Positions 27,889 through 37,599 of a DNA stretch of 64,000 bases are shown here, in pieces. Origin of the DNA: an uncultured Ignavibacteria bacterium (GTDB lineage: Bacteria; Bacteroidota; Ignavibacteria; Tepidaquicellales; OLB5); contig CAWFKW010000003.1 in NCBI GenBank assembly GCA_963816535.1, positions 1,708,059-1,772,058 on the forward strand, written 5' to 3'. Under the pieces are notes generated by a model. The model was not told where the DNA came from. It saw only the letters and a list, made by a program, of their open reading frames with translations, and searched no databases. Both the position numbers and the translations under genes were made by a program. How positions within the stretch are numbered: the stretch's first letter is position 1; every line of letters begins with the position of its first letter.

Positions 27889-28605
27889 TTAATCATGCAG
27901 CTTATCGATTGTTTTATTACGCGAGTCCTTTCCCAAAAAAATTGTTTGGAAGCCGTCCCGGATATTATCCGCAATCTTCGCCTTAAGAGCGTCCAGCTCG
28001 CAGGTAAGATCATTTTGAAGGCGAAGGATAAATTCTTTTTTATCCGAGACGCCGGCCGATTGCGCGGGTTTCCCCAACTGCAAAAATATCTCCGCCCGCT
28101 GCTCCATCATGAATTCATATCTTACCGCAAGCGGCATTAAGTTAACTCTTCCCAGTTTTTCCGCTATCGCGCTTACGCCCGAATAGAATTTCAAGGGGCG
28201 CGTATCGTTAGGCAGCAATATTCCCTGTGGGAAGATCCACAGCAGGCTGTTAGCGCCTCTCAGAAGTTCGACCGCATGATCGATCGATTCCAGCGCGCTT
28301 TGCGGAGAGTTTCTGTCGACTGAGAATACTCCAAGCCTCTTAAAAAATTTATACTTTTTCATCTGCTCTAAGTCCATCATGAGGTAAGAATCGGCTTTCC
28401 AGACCTCATCAGCAAGATAAAACGCTATAAACCCGTCCCACCAGCCGGAATGATTAACATAAACTAAGGTAGGTATGGTCTTATCAATTTCAGAGTAATT
28501 TTCTGCGCCGTACAGGTATATTTTATAGAAATGATTTCTCAGCAGTCTTTTCAAATAAAAACTGAACAGCGTTTCAAAAAACCTATTTTTCCGGGACTTG
28601 ATCAA
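27889..28605 (-). CDS. PlsC-family acyltransferase (CruD-like carotenoid glycoside acyltransferase)
   Basis: NHSGWWDG (HxxxxD), GVFSVD, WIFPQG. First gene of the crt operon. Confidence 0.85.
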   Translation of the reverse strand: MIKSRKNRFFETLFSFYLKRLLRNHFYKIYLYGAENYSEIDKTIPTLVYVNHSGWWDGFIAFYLADEVWKADSYLMMDLEQMKKYKFFKRLGVFSVDRNSPQSALESIDHAVELLRGANSLLWIFPQGILLPNDTRPLKFYSGVSAIAEKLGRVNLMPLAVRYEFMMEQRAEIFLQLGKPAQSAGVSDKKEFILRLQNDLTCELDALKAKIADNIRDGFQTIFLGKDSRNKTIDKLHD

Positions 28606-28834
28606 ATATCGTTAAACTTAACATTTTGATAATTAAGATTTAATTCAAAACAGCGGTCATTAAGCGATTAAAGGACGGGTAAATTCGGAGCTTTTTCCGT
28701 TAATTTTTCAAACGGCCCATTAAATTAACCCGCTTCGTTCTTTAGGCGCACATTCTTAAAATTTGGCCGTTTTTAATCCTTTAATCCATATGTATAATTG
28801 AATTATATTTGAAAAGCATAATCAACTTTCAGAC

Positions 28835-29551
28835 TTGTTTATTTCAAAAGGGACTTTGTATTTTTTGTTGGCGGCGCTATCCGGGATTGCCGGACTGGTC
28901 TTTCTTGTATATGCCATTGTAAAACCTAAAACAAAACCGTTTATTCCGCGCATTATTTCTCTTTCGCTCGGCTTGGTATTGCTGGCGGTTTCAATATATA
29001 CAGGCGTCGAACTTACCTTGAAAACCTATTACAAGATCAAAAATACCATTACGGCTCTTAAAAATTTTCCGGAAACTGTTGGGACGGATATGAACAGGGA
29101 TACCACTGATTATGTGAGAATATTAAAGCAGTATGAACCCCATAAGTATAAAGGGAAGGTACCCGAATATTTTTACACCGAGTACGGCTATTACGACTGG
29201 TGGCGCTTTCCGCTGGTTTATCCTTATGCAATTTATTGTATCGATGTTCTGGACAGGGGACAGGTTGCAAACGACAGCGGCAAAACTGATTTTTCAAACG
29301 GCAGTTCCGTTAATGCCGTCTCGCAATACTTTGAGAAGTTTATGTTTGACGCCGACTATTTTGTAGGCGAAGGCCCAGGCGACCCGGGCTCTGTGGAAAA
29401 GGCAGGGGGATTTTTCATCATTAATTTCCAAAACGGTAAAACAGAAAACATAGAAAACAGGGTAGCTCTTATGAAAAGACTGGACGAATTAGGTTTCATG
29501 GGAGAGAGAGATTTCATTACAGTTAGAAAATACAGCGGGGGATTCCAGTAA
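28835..29551 (+). CDS. Hypothetical membrane protein
   Basis: Two N-terminal TMs and a soluble domain with GYYDWWRFPLVYPY. Confidence 0.75.
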   Translation: MFISKGTLYFLLAALSGIAGLVFLVYAIVKPKTKPFIPRIISLSLGLVLLAVSIYTGVELTLKTYYKIKNTITALKNFPETVGTDMNRDTTDYVRILKQYEPHKYKGKVPEYFYTEYGYYDWWRFPLVYPYAIYCIDVLDRGQVANDSGKTDFSNGSSVNAVSQYFEKFMFDADYFVGEGPGDPGSVEKAGGFFIINFQNGKTENIENRVALMKRLDELGFMGERDFITVRKYSGGFQ

Positions 29552-29658
29552 CTGATCTAGCTGTATTGCCTGCCATCTGATTTACAAAATTCAATGAAAA
29601 AATACTGAAAAACGCTATGCGCAAAGCCATTGTATTTCCAATAATTAATTTTTAGATT

Positions 29659-29680
29659 TGCCGTAGTTAAAGAGACGGCA
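29659..29680. promoter_or_regulatory. Candidate operator upstream of trmB-like gene
   Basis: Inverted repeat TGCCGT-N10-ACGGCA, 11 nt before the ATG. Confidence 0.4.
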
Positions 29681-29691
29681 TATTTTAGATA

Positions 29692-30543
29692 ATGGAAGAT
29701 ACGATTAAATCACTGGAATCTATAGGGTTTACGAATTACGAAGCGAAAGTATTTCATGTACTTTTCCAAGGCCATCTTTTGACCGCTTCTGAAATTGCTA
29801 AGAAGGCGGGCATTCCCAGGTCTTCCTCTTACGACGTCCTCAAGTCCTTTACCGAAAAAGGTATATGCAACGAAATTCTGACCAGTTCGGTCGCCCGGTA
29901 TGAAATTATTGATCCAAAAGTTGTTGAAGATAAGATCGAGAAAGAGATACAGGATACTTTCAAAGATAAAATGAGCAAGCTCAAAGACTCATTTGAAAAG
30001 CTGCAGCCTTTGTTCAAATCAAAAGAGCTTGAAAGACAAAAAGTTGACGTTGAGCTTATTAAAGGATTTAACAGGCACCGTTTTGCAAAGTTCATGGAGA
30101 TCTTTAAAAGCGCCCAAAAGGAAGCTCTGCTTATGACTAAGCTTGAAGGGTTTGTAGATTCATCGGTTGACGAAGTAACCATGCAGTTTTTAAAGAGCGG
30201 GGGAGTTCTGAAAACGTTATATGAGGCCAGCGAGAATTTTAAGATAAGGGTAGATAACAAGTGGAAACAGATAACACGGGAGGAACTCCCGGATTTCTGC
30301 CTGACGCTGGTTGCCGACGGCGAAGAGATAAAGCTGACAGACAGGATTTACCAGAACATGTTGATTGTTGACCGGAAAATTGTTTTTATAAGCCTGGTCG
30401 ATCCAACCATAGCAAGATATAACAGGTCTGACATTATAGTAAAGAACGAAAATTTTGCAAGTTCAATGGCCGATTATTTTGAAGGCTGCTGGCAGAAGGC
30501 AAGCTCTCCGGAGGAATACAAAGCCAAAATCGGGAATTCATAA
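29692..30543 (+). CDS. TrmB-family transcriptional regulator
   Basis: GFTNYEAKVF...ASEIAKKAGIPRSSSYDVLKS wHTH and a C-terminal effector domain (MLIVDRK). Confidence 0.9.
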   Translation: MEDTIKSLESIGFTNYEAKVFHVLFQGHLLTASEIAKKAGIPRSSSYDVLKSFTEKGICNEILTSSVARYEIIDPKVVEDKIEKEIQDTFKDKMSKLKDSFEKLQPLFKSKELERQKVDVELIKGFNRHRFAKFMEIFKSAQKEALLMTKLEGFVDSSVDEVTMQFLKSGGVLKTLYEASENFKIRVDNKWKQITREELPDFCLTLVADGEEIKLTDRIYQNMLIVDRKIVFISLVDPTIARYNRSDIIVKNENFASSMADYFEGCWQKASSPEEYKAKIGNS

Positions 30544-30552
30544 AAGAACCGG

Positions 30553-32559
30553 ATGAAACCAAAACTGAGAAATATTATTATTCTGATTCTTGCATTTGCC
30601 GCTAATGCCGCTTCGGTATTTGGGCAGGCTTATTCTTGGTCTCCCTTAAACGGCAGTTTTAATCAAAACGGAGTGAACGGCGTAATATATTCTATAGCTT
30701 CTTATCAAAATAACATTGTGGTGGCAGGCGGATTTACACGCGCCGGCGGAGTGAACGCTAAAAATATTGCGGTTTGGGACGGGTCTTCGTGGTCTGCGCT
30801 GGGGGGCGGAGTCGGAAACACAGACGAAGACACCGTATACGCATTAGCGTTCTTTAACGGAAACCTGTATGCAGGCGGAAGTTTCAGCTCAGCCGGCGGC
30901 AATTCCGCCAATAATATTGCCAAGTGGAACGGCTCAGGCTGGTCCGCGCTTGGCTCAGGAGTAAACGGAGATGTAAGGTCGCTATTGGTATTCAATTCTG
31001 TACTTGTTGTTGGCGGAGATTTCTCAAACGCAGGTAATGATATAGCATCATGGACAGGCTCATCATGGCAGTCATTTGGACAGGGATTTTCAGGCAGCAG
31101 CAGCGTTGTGTACGCTTTAGCGAGCTTCAACGGTCAGCTTATCGCCGCCGGCAAGTTTCAGCAGTCCGGGTCTAATTCAGTCGACAACATTGCTTACTGG
31201 AACAATTCAAGCTGGCACTCGCTTGGTTCTGGCGTTGGTTCATCAAGCGAGAAGGTTTATGCGCTCACTGTTTTTAACAATACTCTGATAGCGGGCGGAA
31301 AGTTCTCCACAGCAGGAGGCAACGCTGCGCACAATATAGCAAGATGGACAGGAACTGTGTGGCAGAACGTGGGCGGAAGCAATGATATTGATAACGAAAT
31401 TGATGCTTTGGTTTCGTACAACAGCCAGTTGGTTGCAGGCGGCAATTTCAGGTTTACAGGCGGCTTGTTTTCGAGCAGGATCAGCAAATGGAACGGCGCT
31501 TCATGGTCAAGAATGATCACCGGAATGAATGACCAGGTTTTTGCGCTGGCGGTTAAAGATTCAAGCCTGTACGCCGCAGGCAAATTTGATTACGCAGGGG
31601 GGAACACAGCTAATAGCGTCGCAAGGTGGTTCAGTCAGGCGACGGGTACAATATCAGGGCTGGTCTTATATTCTGATAATAACCAGCCTGTACCAAGCGG
31701 TATAGTCCGCGCTTTCAGGATAGACAAGTTTACGAGAGAGTTAATTATCGAGGATTCGTCGTTAATTTCCAACGGCGCATTTTCAATTCATGGCGGGATA
31801 CACATGGATACGCTGCGTGTAATAGCGTTTCCCGACGATGAACTGGATTATGTCCCAACCTACTATCCGTCAACAATTGACTGGAGCTTAGCCCTAACGG
31901 TTGTTCCGGGCGCAAATTCAACCAACATAAATATTATTGTGCCCAGGATTACGCCGCTTGCAAATCCATTGCTGGCATCGGCTACTATCGGCGGGCATAT
32001 TTATCTAAACATAAGCATTCCCGGAAATCCATCGGGCAGTTACCCTTACCAGCAGGATGCGATATTGTACGTCAAATCGGGAGGCACATACAAAAGATTT
32101 GCCGTAAGCCGGGCTGATGAAACATATACGACATCCCAGCTTGACCCGGGAACATATGACCTGGTTGTTAACCGTGCGGGTTATATGTCTGCGGCAAGAA
32201 ACGTTGTTTTAGGGACTGCAAATTTAGACACTATTAATTTCCATCTCGATTCGCTTGATATTATAGGGCTTCAGAATATCAGCCAAACGGTTCCAAAGGA
32301 ATTTAAGCTCTCTCAGAATTATCCGAATCCGTTTAACCCGGCAACATCAATTTTGTTCTCATTGCCGAAAGCCGGGCATGTTGAGCTGGCGGTGTTTAAC
32401 GTGCTTGGGCAGAAAGTTGCCGCGCTCGTAAACGAAGAGTTGGCCCGGGGCGAGTATAAATACATTTTTGACGCGTCGTCGCTGCCCAGCGGTATATATT
32501 TTTACAGGCTGAGGGTTGGCGATTTTACAGATACAAAAAAGATGGCGCTTATAAAATAG
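30553..32559 (+). CDS. T9SS type A sorting-domain protein with 7 propeller-like repeats
   Basis: Signal peptide, seven VYAL...AGGxF..AGG...NIA.W.G..W repeats, CTD LSQNYPNPFNP...GIYFYRL...TKKMALIK. Confidence 0.9.
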   Translation: MKPKLRNIIILILAFAANAASVFGQAYSWSPLNGSFNQNGVNGVIYSIASYQNNIVVAGGFTRAGGVNAKNIAVWDGSSWSALGGGVGNTDEDTVYALAFFNGNLYAGGSFSSAGGNSANNIAKWNGSGWSALGSGVNGDVRSLLVFNSVLVVGGDFSNAGNDIASWTGSSWQSFGQGFSGSSSVVYALASFNGQLIAAGKFQQSGSNSVDNIAYWNNSSWHSLGSGVGSSSEKVYALTVFNNTLIAGGKFSTAGGNAAHNIARWTGTVWQNVGGSNDIDNEIDALVSYNSQLVAGGNFRFTGGLFSSRISKWNGASWSRMITGMNDQVFALAVKDSSLYAAGKFDYAGGNTANSVARWFSQATGTISGLVLYSDNNQPVPSGIVRAFRIDKFTRELIIEDSSLISNGAFSIHGGIHMDTLRVIAFPDDELDYVPTYYPSTIDWSLALTVVPGANSTNINIIVPRITPLANPLLASATIGGHIYLNISIPGNPSGSYPYQQDAILYVKSGGTYKRFAVSRADETYTTSQLDPGTYDLVVNRAGYMSAARNVVLGTANLDTINFHLDSLDIIGLQNISQTVPKEFKLSQNYPNPFNPATSILFSLPKAGHVELAVFNVLGQKVAALVNEELARGEYKYIFDASSLPSGIYFYRLRVGDFTDTKKMALIK

Positions 32560-32680
32560 AATTTGAAGCGGCCACATGCGGCTGCTTTCCGCTTTTTCGG
32601 AGGGGGGAAAGCGGATGAGAAATAATGCGGTAAAAAATTACTAAATGCTGTAATCTGCTTATTCAGGGGGAATACTAAAA

Positions 32681-32824
32681 ATGGCAATTAAGAAACTATT
32701 CTTGTGGTTTTCTGAAGGGGTTGTTCTTTTGGCTATTGTTTTTCTTGTGAACGCCCAGCTTTTCATTTCGGTTTATTATTATGCGGTAAAAGCGCTTGAT
32801 AAAATTAAATCGATACTTTTGTAA
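32681..32824 (+). CDS. Candidate 47-aa small membrane protein (not in ORF track)
   Basis: AGGGGG RBS-like site. MAIKKLFLWFSEGVVLLAIVFLVNAQLFISVYYYAVKALDKIKSILL. Confidence 0.5.
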   Translation: MAIKKLFLWFSEGVVLLAIVFLVNAQLFISVYYYAVKALDKIKSILL

Positions 32825-32957
32825 TAAGATTTACGGGTTTTTATTGGTTTTTCCGTAGGAAGTTCTGAACATATGACAGTTCTGTATTAATCAGGGATTG
32901 CGGAAATGTCCGAAGGCTTTAATCAAAGAGTACCCATCCTCATATCCAAATTCCCGG

Positions 32958-32988
32958 GCGCAGCATTTTTTTCGCTGCGCTTTTTTTT
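32958..32988 (+). terminator. Intrinsic terminator
   Basis: gcgcagc-N9-gctgcgc followed by T8. Confidence 0.75.
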
Positions 32989-33223
32989 ATGACTTAATTC
33001 TGTTCTATTATCGTTCACTTTTTAACCATTGTTTTTACATTGCTTAGCTTGAAACAAAATCATGCTGTTCGTTTTCAAATCTGACGTAATACAGGGATGA
33101 AGCGATTGCGCTATAAAATATTTTATTTTAATTTTAAATGAGATTAACAATTGATAAACTCATAGATTTATCATAAAACAAAAAAATTAATTGAGAGACA
33201 TTAAAATTTTAAAGGCATCAAAA

Positions 33224-33928
33224 ATGAAATTCTTAAACTCAAATCAGTTCAGAAACCTAGCCCTTTTAACTTTAAGTTTAACAGCGTTAGCCTTATTTAT
33301 ATCAGGGTGCGATGAAGGCGGCGGCATAACCGTGCCGAGCGGAGTCACAACGCTCTCGGTTAGCGCTAAGAACACGAACATCAATAACCCCGGCAGCATA
33401 CTTGTTATCACGCAGGCAAAGGCGCTTATCAGCAACATGAAGCTGGAAAACGAGGGCGGGAACAATGAACAAATCCCCGTTAACCCGTTTGTTGTAAATT
33501 TTAACCTTGATGGCAGCCTGGCTGAAATGACGTCGGGAGCGATTATTAGGGATAGTTATATTAACGTTAAGTTTGAACTCCATAAGCCCGATGCCAATGA
33601 GACTCCGGCAGACCCTGAGTTTAAAACGGGCTCGCTCGATAACCAGAGATTTTCTTTTATCGTTAAAGGGGTTTACAACGGAAACTCTTTTGTTTATAAG
33701 TCGCTGGCGGACGCCAATGTTGTGATCAGTTTCAGCGCGTCGCAGAATATTAACCTGGCAAACATGAACATAACCGTTTTGTTCAATATTCCCGATTGGT
33801 TCAAGAACGGGAATATCATCATGAATCCATCTGACCCGCAGAATGCCGCCTTGATAGATGCGAATGTTAAGAGTTCATTTAAGCAGGCATTTGTAGATAA
33901 CAACAAAGATGGTAATCCCGATAACTAA
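33224..33928 (+). CDS. Hypothetical lipoprotein
   Basis: Lipobox ISG-C, KFELHKPD and RFSFIVKG blocks. ATG 33224 preferred over TTG 33191. Confidence 0.75.
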   Translation: MKFLNSNQFRNLALLTLSLTALALFISGCDEGGGITVPSGVTTLSVSAKNTNINNPGSILVITQAKALISNMKLENEGGNNEQIPVNPFVVNFNLDGSLAEMTSGAIIRDSYINVKFELHKPDANETPADPEFKTGSLDNQRFSFIVKGVYNGNSFVYKSLADANVVISFSASQNINLANMNITVLFNIPDWFKNGNIIMNPSDPQNAALIDANVKSSFKQAFVDNNKDGNPDN

Positions 33929-33974
33929 GGTTATGGTTTAAAAAGTAAGTTAGTCAGCGTTTTTCAGAATTAGA

Positions 33975-34002
33975 GCGCGGCATTTATTGCCGCGTTTTTT
34001 TT
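33975..34002 (+). terminator. Intrinsic terminator
   Basis: gcgcggca ttat tgccgcg followed by a T-tract. Confidence 0.75.
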
Positions 34003-34089
34003 ATCCTCTCCGGCCACTACATTCGAAAAAAATACGCGAAGAATTTATTTATTGCTTTTTACATCAGGGGGCAGTTATTAAATTGCGCA

Positions 34090-34764
34090 ATGGCTGATAT
34101 TAAGATCGATAAGATAATACGTTCGCGCCGCAGAAGCGTTGCCCTGGTTGTAATGCCGGATGCGAGTATTGTTATAAGGGCGCCAATTGGAGTTTCTGTT
34201 GATTACATAGAAAACTTTGTCAGGCAAAAAAGCCTTTGGATCGAAAAAAAACAACAATATGTATCCAAATTTGCTAAAAATCGCAGGCCTAAGAACTTTG
34301 TTAACGGCGAAAAATTCTATCTTGCCGGCGCAGAGTTTTCACTGAATATTGTTCAGGGCCTAAAACCCTCCGTGTGGCTTGATGAAAATCTGAATATGAC
34401 AGAAGCGTGCCTGCAGAAACCGCATAAGTATATCGAACATTGGTATGGCTTGCAGGCTAAAAATAAAATCCCGGAACGCGTGAAATATTACTCGCGCTTA
34501 ACGGGCCTAAAATATAAGTCTGTAAGAATAAACAGGGCGAAAACACGTTGGGGCTCATGTGGACACAAGAATACGCTTAATTTCAGCTGGCGGCTTATTA
34601 TGGCGCCGCTTGAAATTATCGACTATGTTATTATGCACGAGCTTGTGCATACCGAAATAAAGAACCATTCTGAAAAGTTTTATTTTCGGCTGGGCGAGCT
34701 TATGCCTGATTATAAGACCAGGGAAAAATGGTTCAAGAGTAATTTGGGATTCGCGGATTTATAA
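34090..34764 (+). CDS. YgjP/DUF45 (M48-like) zinc metallopeptidase-domain protein
   Basis: RSRRRS, KTRWGSC, LNFSWRL, DYVIMHELVH (HExxH), NHS. Confidence 0.92.
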   Translation: MADIKIDKIIRSRRRSVALVVMPDASIVIRAPIGVSVDYIENFVRQKSLWIEKKQQYVSKFAKNRRPKNFVNGEKFYLAGAEFSLNIVQGLKPSVWLDENLNMTEACLQKPHKYIEHWYGLQAKNKIPERVKYYSRLTGLKYKSVRINRAKTRWGSCGHKNTLNFSWRLIMAPLEIIDYVIMHELVHTEIKNHSEKFYFRLGELMPDYKTREKWFKSNLGFADL

Positions 34765-34901
34765 CAATCCCGGGTGAGGCCCTGGCATAGATTAGAGCTC
34801 TTTGAACAATAAAATATTATTGCTAAATTGCGAAAAACAAAACCGTCGGGTTTTTTGGGGGGCCGGGGCGGTTTTTATTTATCTTGCCGGAGGGGGAAAT
34901 A

Positions 34902-35600
34902 ATGAGAGTTGTATTAAGTTATTCAGTTTTGTGCTTTATTCTTTTCGTATCTTTTAATTATTCTTTTTCACAGGTAGCTATGATACAAACACAGGAGAGC
35001 CAGGCTCCAATGGATGCCGATAAAGCTTTTGACCTGCTTAAACAGGGGAATAAAAGATTTGTTGCCGGAAATCCGATAAACACGGATTATAAGTCGCAGA
35101 TAAAAAAGACCGCCGCCGGACAGTATCCATTTGCGGTTATATTAAGCTGCATGGATTCCCGCGTTACGCCTGAGATCATATTTGACCAGGGTATGGGCGA
35201 TATCTTTGTTATAAGGGTCGGTGGAAATACGGTTGATGATGACGTGCTTGGCAGCCTTGAATTTGCCTGCAAAATCGCAGGAGCGAAACTTATAGTGGTG
35301 CTGGGGCATACAAACTGCGGCGCAATTATGGGAGCCTGCGACAGCGTAAATATGGGAAACTTATCCAAGCTTGTTGCAAAAATAAAGCCATCGGTCGATA
35401 AGACCGAAACCACGGGCGAACGCTCGTCAAAGAACGCGGAGTTTGTAAATGACGTATCTGCTCAAAATGTAAACGACCAACTGGATATTATCAGGCGGCC
35501 GGGAACTATACTGGACGATATGATCAACAAACAGGAGATTGGACTGATCGGCGCCATGTACGATGTGGAAACGGGAAAAGTGCATTTCTACACTGAATGA
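34902..35600 (+). CDS. Exported beta-class carbonic anhydrase (copy 1)
   Basis: Signal peptide, GNKRF, CMDSR and GHTNCGA zinc ligands. GGAGG RBS before ATG 34902. Confidence 0.92.
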   Translation: MRVVLSYSVLCFILFVSFNYSFSQVAMIQTQESQAPMDADKAFDLLKQGNKRFVAGNPINTDYKSQIKKTAAGQYPFAVILSCMDSRVTPEIIFDQGMGDIFVIRVGGNTVDDDVLGSLEFACKIAGAKLIVVLGHTNCGAIMGACDSVNMGNLSKLVAKIKPSVDKTETTGERSSKNAEFVNDVSAQNVNDQLDIIRRPGTILDDMINKQEIGLIGAMYDVETGKVHFYTE

Positions 35601-35635
35601 TTAAATGGGTACTTCAAAATTAACAGAGGAGAACA

Positions 35636-36334
35636 ATGAGATTAGTCATAAATAGCATCTTCATCTTTTTCATTTTATTTGCATCGGTAAACGGCTTGTA
35701 TTCTCAGAATGTCGAAACCCAAACCAAAGAAAGCCAGTCGAAGATAGATCCTCAAAAGGCGCTTGACATGCTGAAACAGGGAAACCAGAGATTCATTGAC
35801 GGAACCCAGCTGAAACGCGATTATAAAGACCAGGTGAACATAACATCATCAGGCCAGTACCCCTTTGCGGTAATACTTAGCTGCATGGATTCCCGTGTTC
35901 CGCCCGAACTGGTTTTTGACCAGGGAATCGGCGATATTTTCGTGATTAGAGTCGCGGGAAATGTGGTTGACGATGACGCGCTTGGAAGCCTCGAATATGC
36001 CTGCAAGGTAGTTAGCGTTAAGCTGATAGTTGTGCTCGGTCACACCAACTGCGGCGCGGTAAAAGGAGCGTGCGATGATGTAAAAATGGGAAATCTTACC
36101 CAGCTTGTCGCAAAGATCAAGCCTTCCGTCGACAAGACTGAAACCGCGGGCGAACGAAGCTCAAAGAACCATCAGTTTGTAGACGACGTGTCTGAGAATA
36201 ATGTAGGCGATCAGGTTGAGATAATTAAAAAGCCCGGAACTATAGTTGGTGATATGATAAGTAAGAATGATGTAGCTATTGTTGGAGCTATGTATGACGT
36301 TGAATCAGGCAAGGTTACATTCTACGAAAAATAG
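35636..36334 (+). CDS. Exported beta-class carbonic anhydrase (copy 2)
   Basis: Signal peptide, GNQRF, CMDSRV, RVAGN, GHTNCGA. Confidence 0.93.
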   Translation: MRLVINSIFIFFILFASVNGLYSQNVETQTKESQSKIDPQKALDMLKQGNQRFIDGTQLKRDYKDQVNITSSGQYPFAVILSCMDSRVPPELVFDQGIGDIFVIRVAGNVVDDDALGSLEYACKVVSVKLIVVLGHTNCGAVKGACDDVKMGNLTQLVAKIKPSVDKTETAGERSSKNHQFVDDVSENNVGDQVEIIKKPGTIVGDMISKNDVAIVGAMYDVESGKVTFYEK

Positions 36335-36378
36335 GTAAGGCCGCGCGTGAGCAGAAACGGGAAGGGCGCTTTCAATTG

Positions 36379-37599
36379 TTAAAGCGCCTTTTTAGCATGA
36401 AACATTAATTTCATTTCTTCGGCGTCTCTTGTAAAAAACAAATATTCATCCCCGCCGTCTTTTAATCTGAATAGTTTTGATATTTCATCAGCGGAGAGCG
36501 GGAAGTTCCTTTTGGAAACATTTGCCCGCGTAATATTATTTTCGTGCAGATATTTTTTGACATTTGACTTACTGAACGATACTCTTGAAATAATCTCAAA
36601 TTTCCTTCCAAAAAAATCATCAATTAATTCATCTCCCAGCATATACAGGCTGTTCTTAGCGGGCAATCGCAGCTTAAGCCAAGCGGCATATTTTGCGGCT
36701 AACCCAGATTTTATCAGAGCAGTTGCCGGCTCATAAAAATACCGGCCGTGGGCTGAATATTCGGATCTTATCGGTTCGTTCAGCTTTCCTGAGAATTCTC
36801 TTTCTTTCCCTGCAATCGTAATGTCAATTGCCTTTACTTCCGGAATTCCGGAAAAAAAATATTCAAGCAATGCGAGTATTTCTTTGACTTCATTATTTAA
36901 GGAAACAACATAAATTATTTTAGTCCCGGGAAGAGTTTTGACAAGATAAGTTAAATCAATTAAAGGCGATAATTTCAGAAGAATAATTTTGCTTAATTCG
37001 AACAGCACGTCTTTTATTTTCAGTATTGAGGGTTCTGAATCATGCAGCGTCACCGATCTCTTTTTATCGGCATTTGCTCGTCTGTCGGCATCCAAATACA
37101 CAAGATCAAATTTGCGCTCGTTTCCAGTCCCCGGTTTGTGAACGCACATATCTGCATAATCGTAAGCATCTGAATCTACTCTTTTCACATTGCTTATCCT
37201 TAACCTGGAGAAATTATACCTTGCAATTTCGTTCAGTTCTGCGTCATTATCAACCGATATGATCTCGTTAAACGATCTTGAAAATGCAGCGTCGTCGGCT
37301 CCCAATCCGCCTGACAGGTCAAGCAGTCTTTTCCCTTTGAAACGTCGAGCCTTAAACTCTGCCAGTGGTTCTGAACTTGATTGTTCAAGGCTCTTGCCGT
37401 TATATAAACAGGATCTTTTGGCAAAGCCCGGGAGTTTTGATTCAGCTTTTGAGCGAAGCTTGATCTGCTCAGCTACAAACGCCGCATATTTTCCGTATTC
37501 TTTCTTTAGCTTTTCGGCAAGTTTAACTCCATGAAGCCCTTCATTAGACTTCAAAACCGATTCTAAATCAAATTTATCCGGGAGTAATGATTCTTTCAA
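36379..37599 (-). CDS. Class I SAM-dependent methyltransferase with THUMP-like C-terminus
   Basis: SLEQSSSE, LDLSGGLGAD, VYLDADRR, LLKLSPLID, YFYEP, RNFP, LKDGG. Confidence 0.8.
   Translation of the reverse strand: MKESLLPDKFDLESVLKSNEGLHGVKLAEKLKKEYGKYAAFVAEQIKLRSKAESKLPGFAKRSCLYNGKSLEQSSSEPLAEFKARRFKGKRLLDLSGGLGADDAAFSRSFNEIISVDNDAELNEIARYNFSRLRISNVKRVDSDAYDYADMCVHKPGTGNERKFDLVYLDADRRANADKKRSVTLHDSEPSILKIKDVLFELSKIILLKLSPLIDLTYLVKTLPGTKIIYVVSLNNEVKEILALLEYFFSGIPEVKAIDITIAGKEREFSGKLNEPIRSEYSAHGRYFYEPATALIKSGLAAKYAAWLKLRLPAKNSLYMLGDELIDDFFGRKFEIISRVSFSKSNVKKYLHENNITRANVSKRNFPLSADEISKLFRLKDGGDEYLFFTRDAEEMKLMFHAKKAL

Noticed and set aside
32825-33220. Known riboswitch, 6S RNA or tRNA in the long intergenic gap
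   Set aside because: I could not match conserved cores of TPP, cobalamin, SAM, FMN, c-di-GMP, fluoride, 6S or tRNA by eye. An Rfam scan would be decisive.
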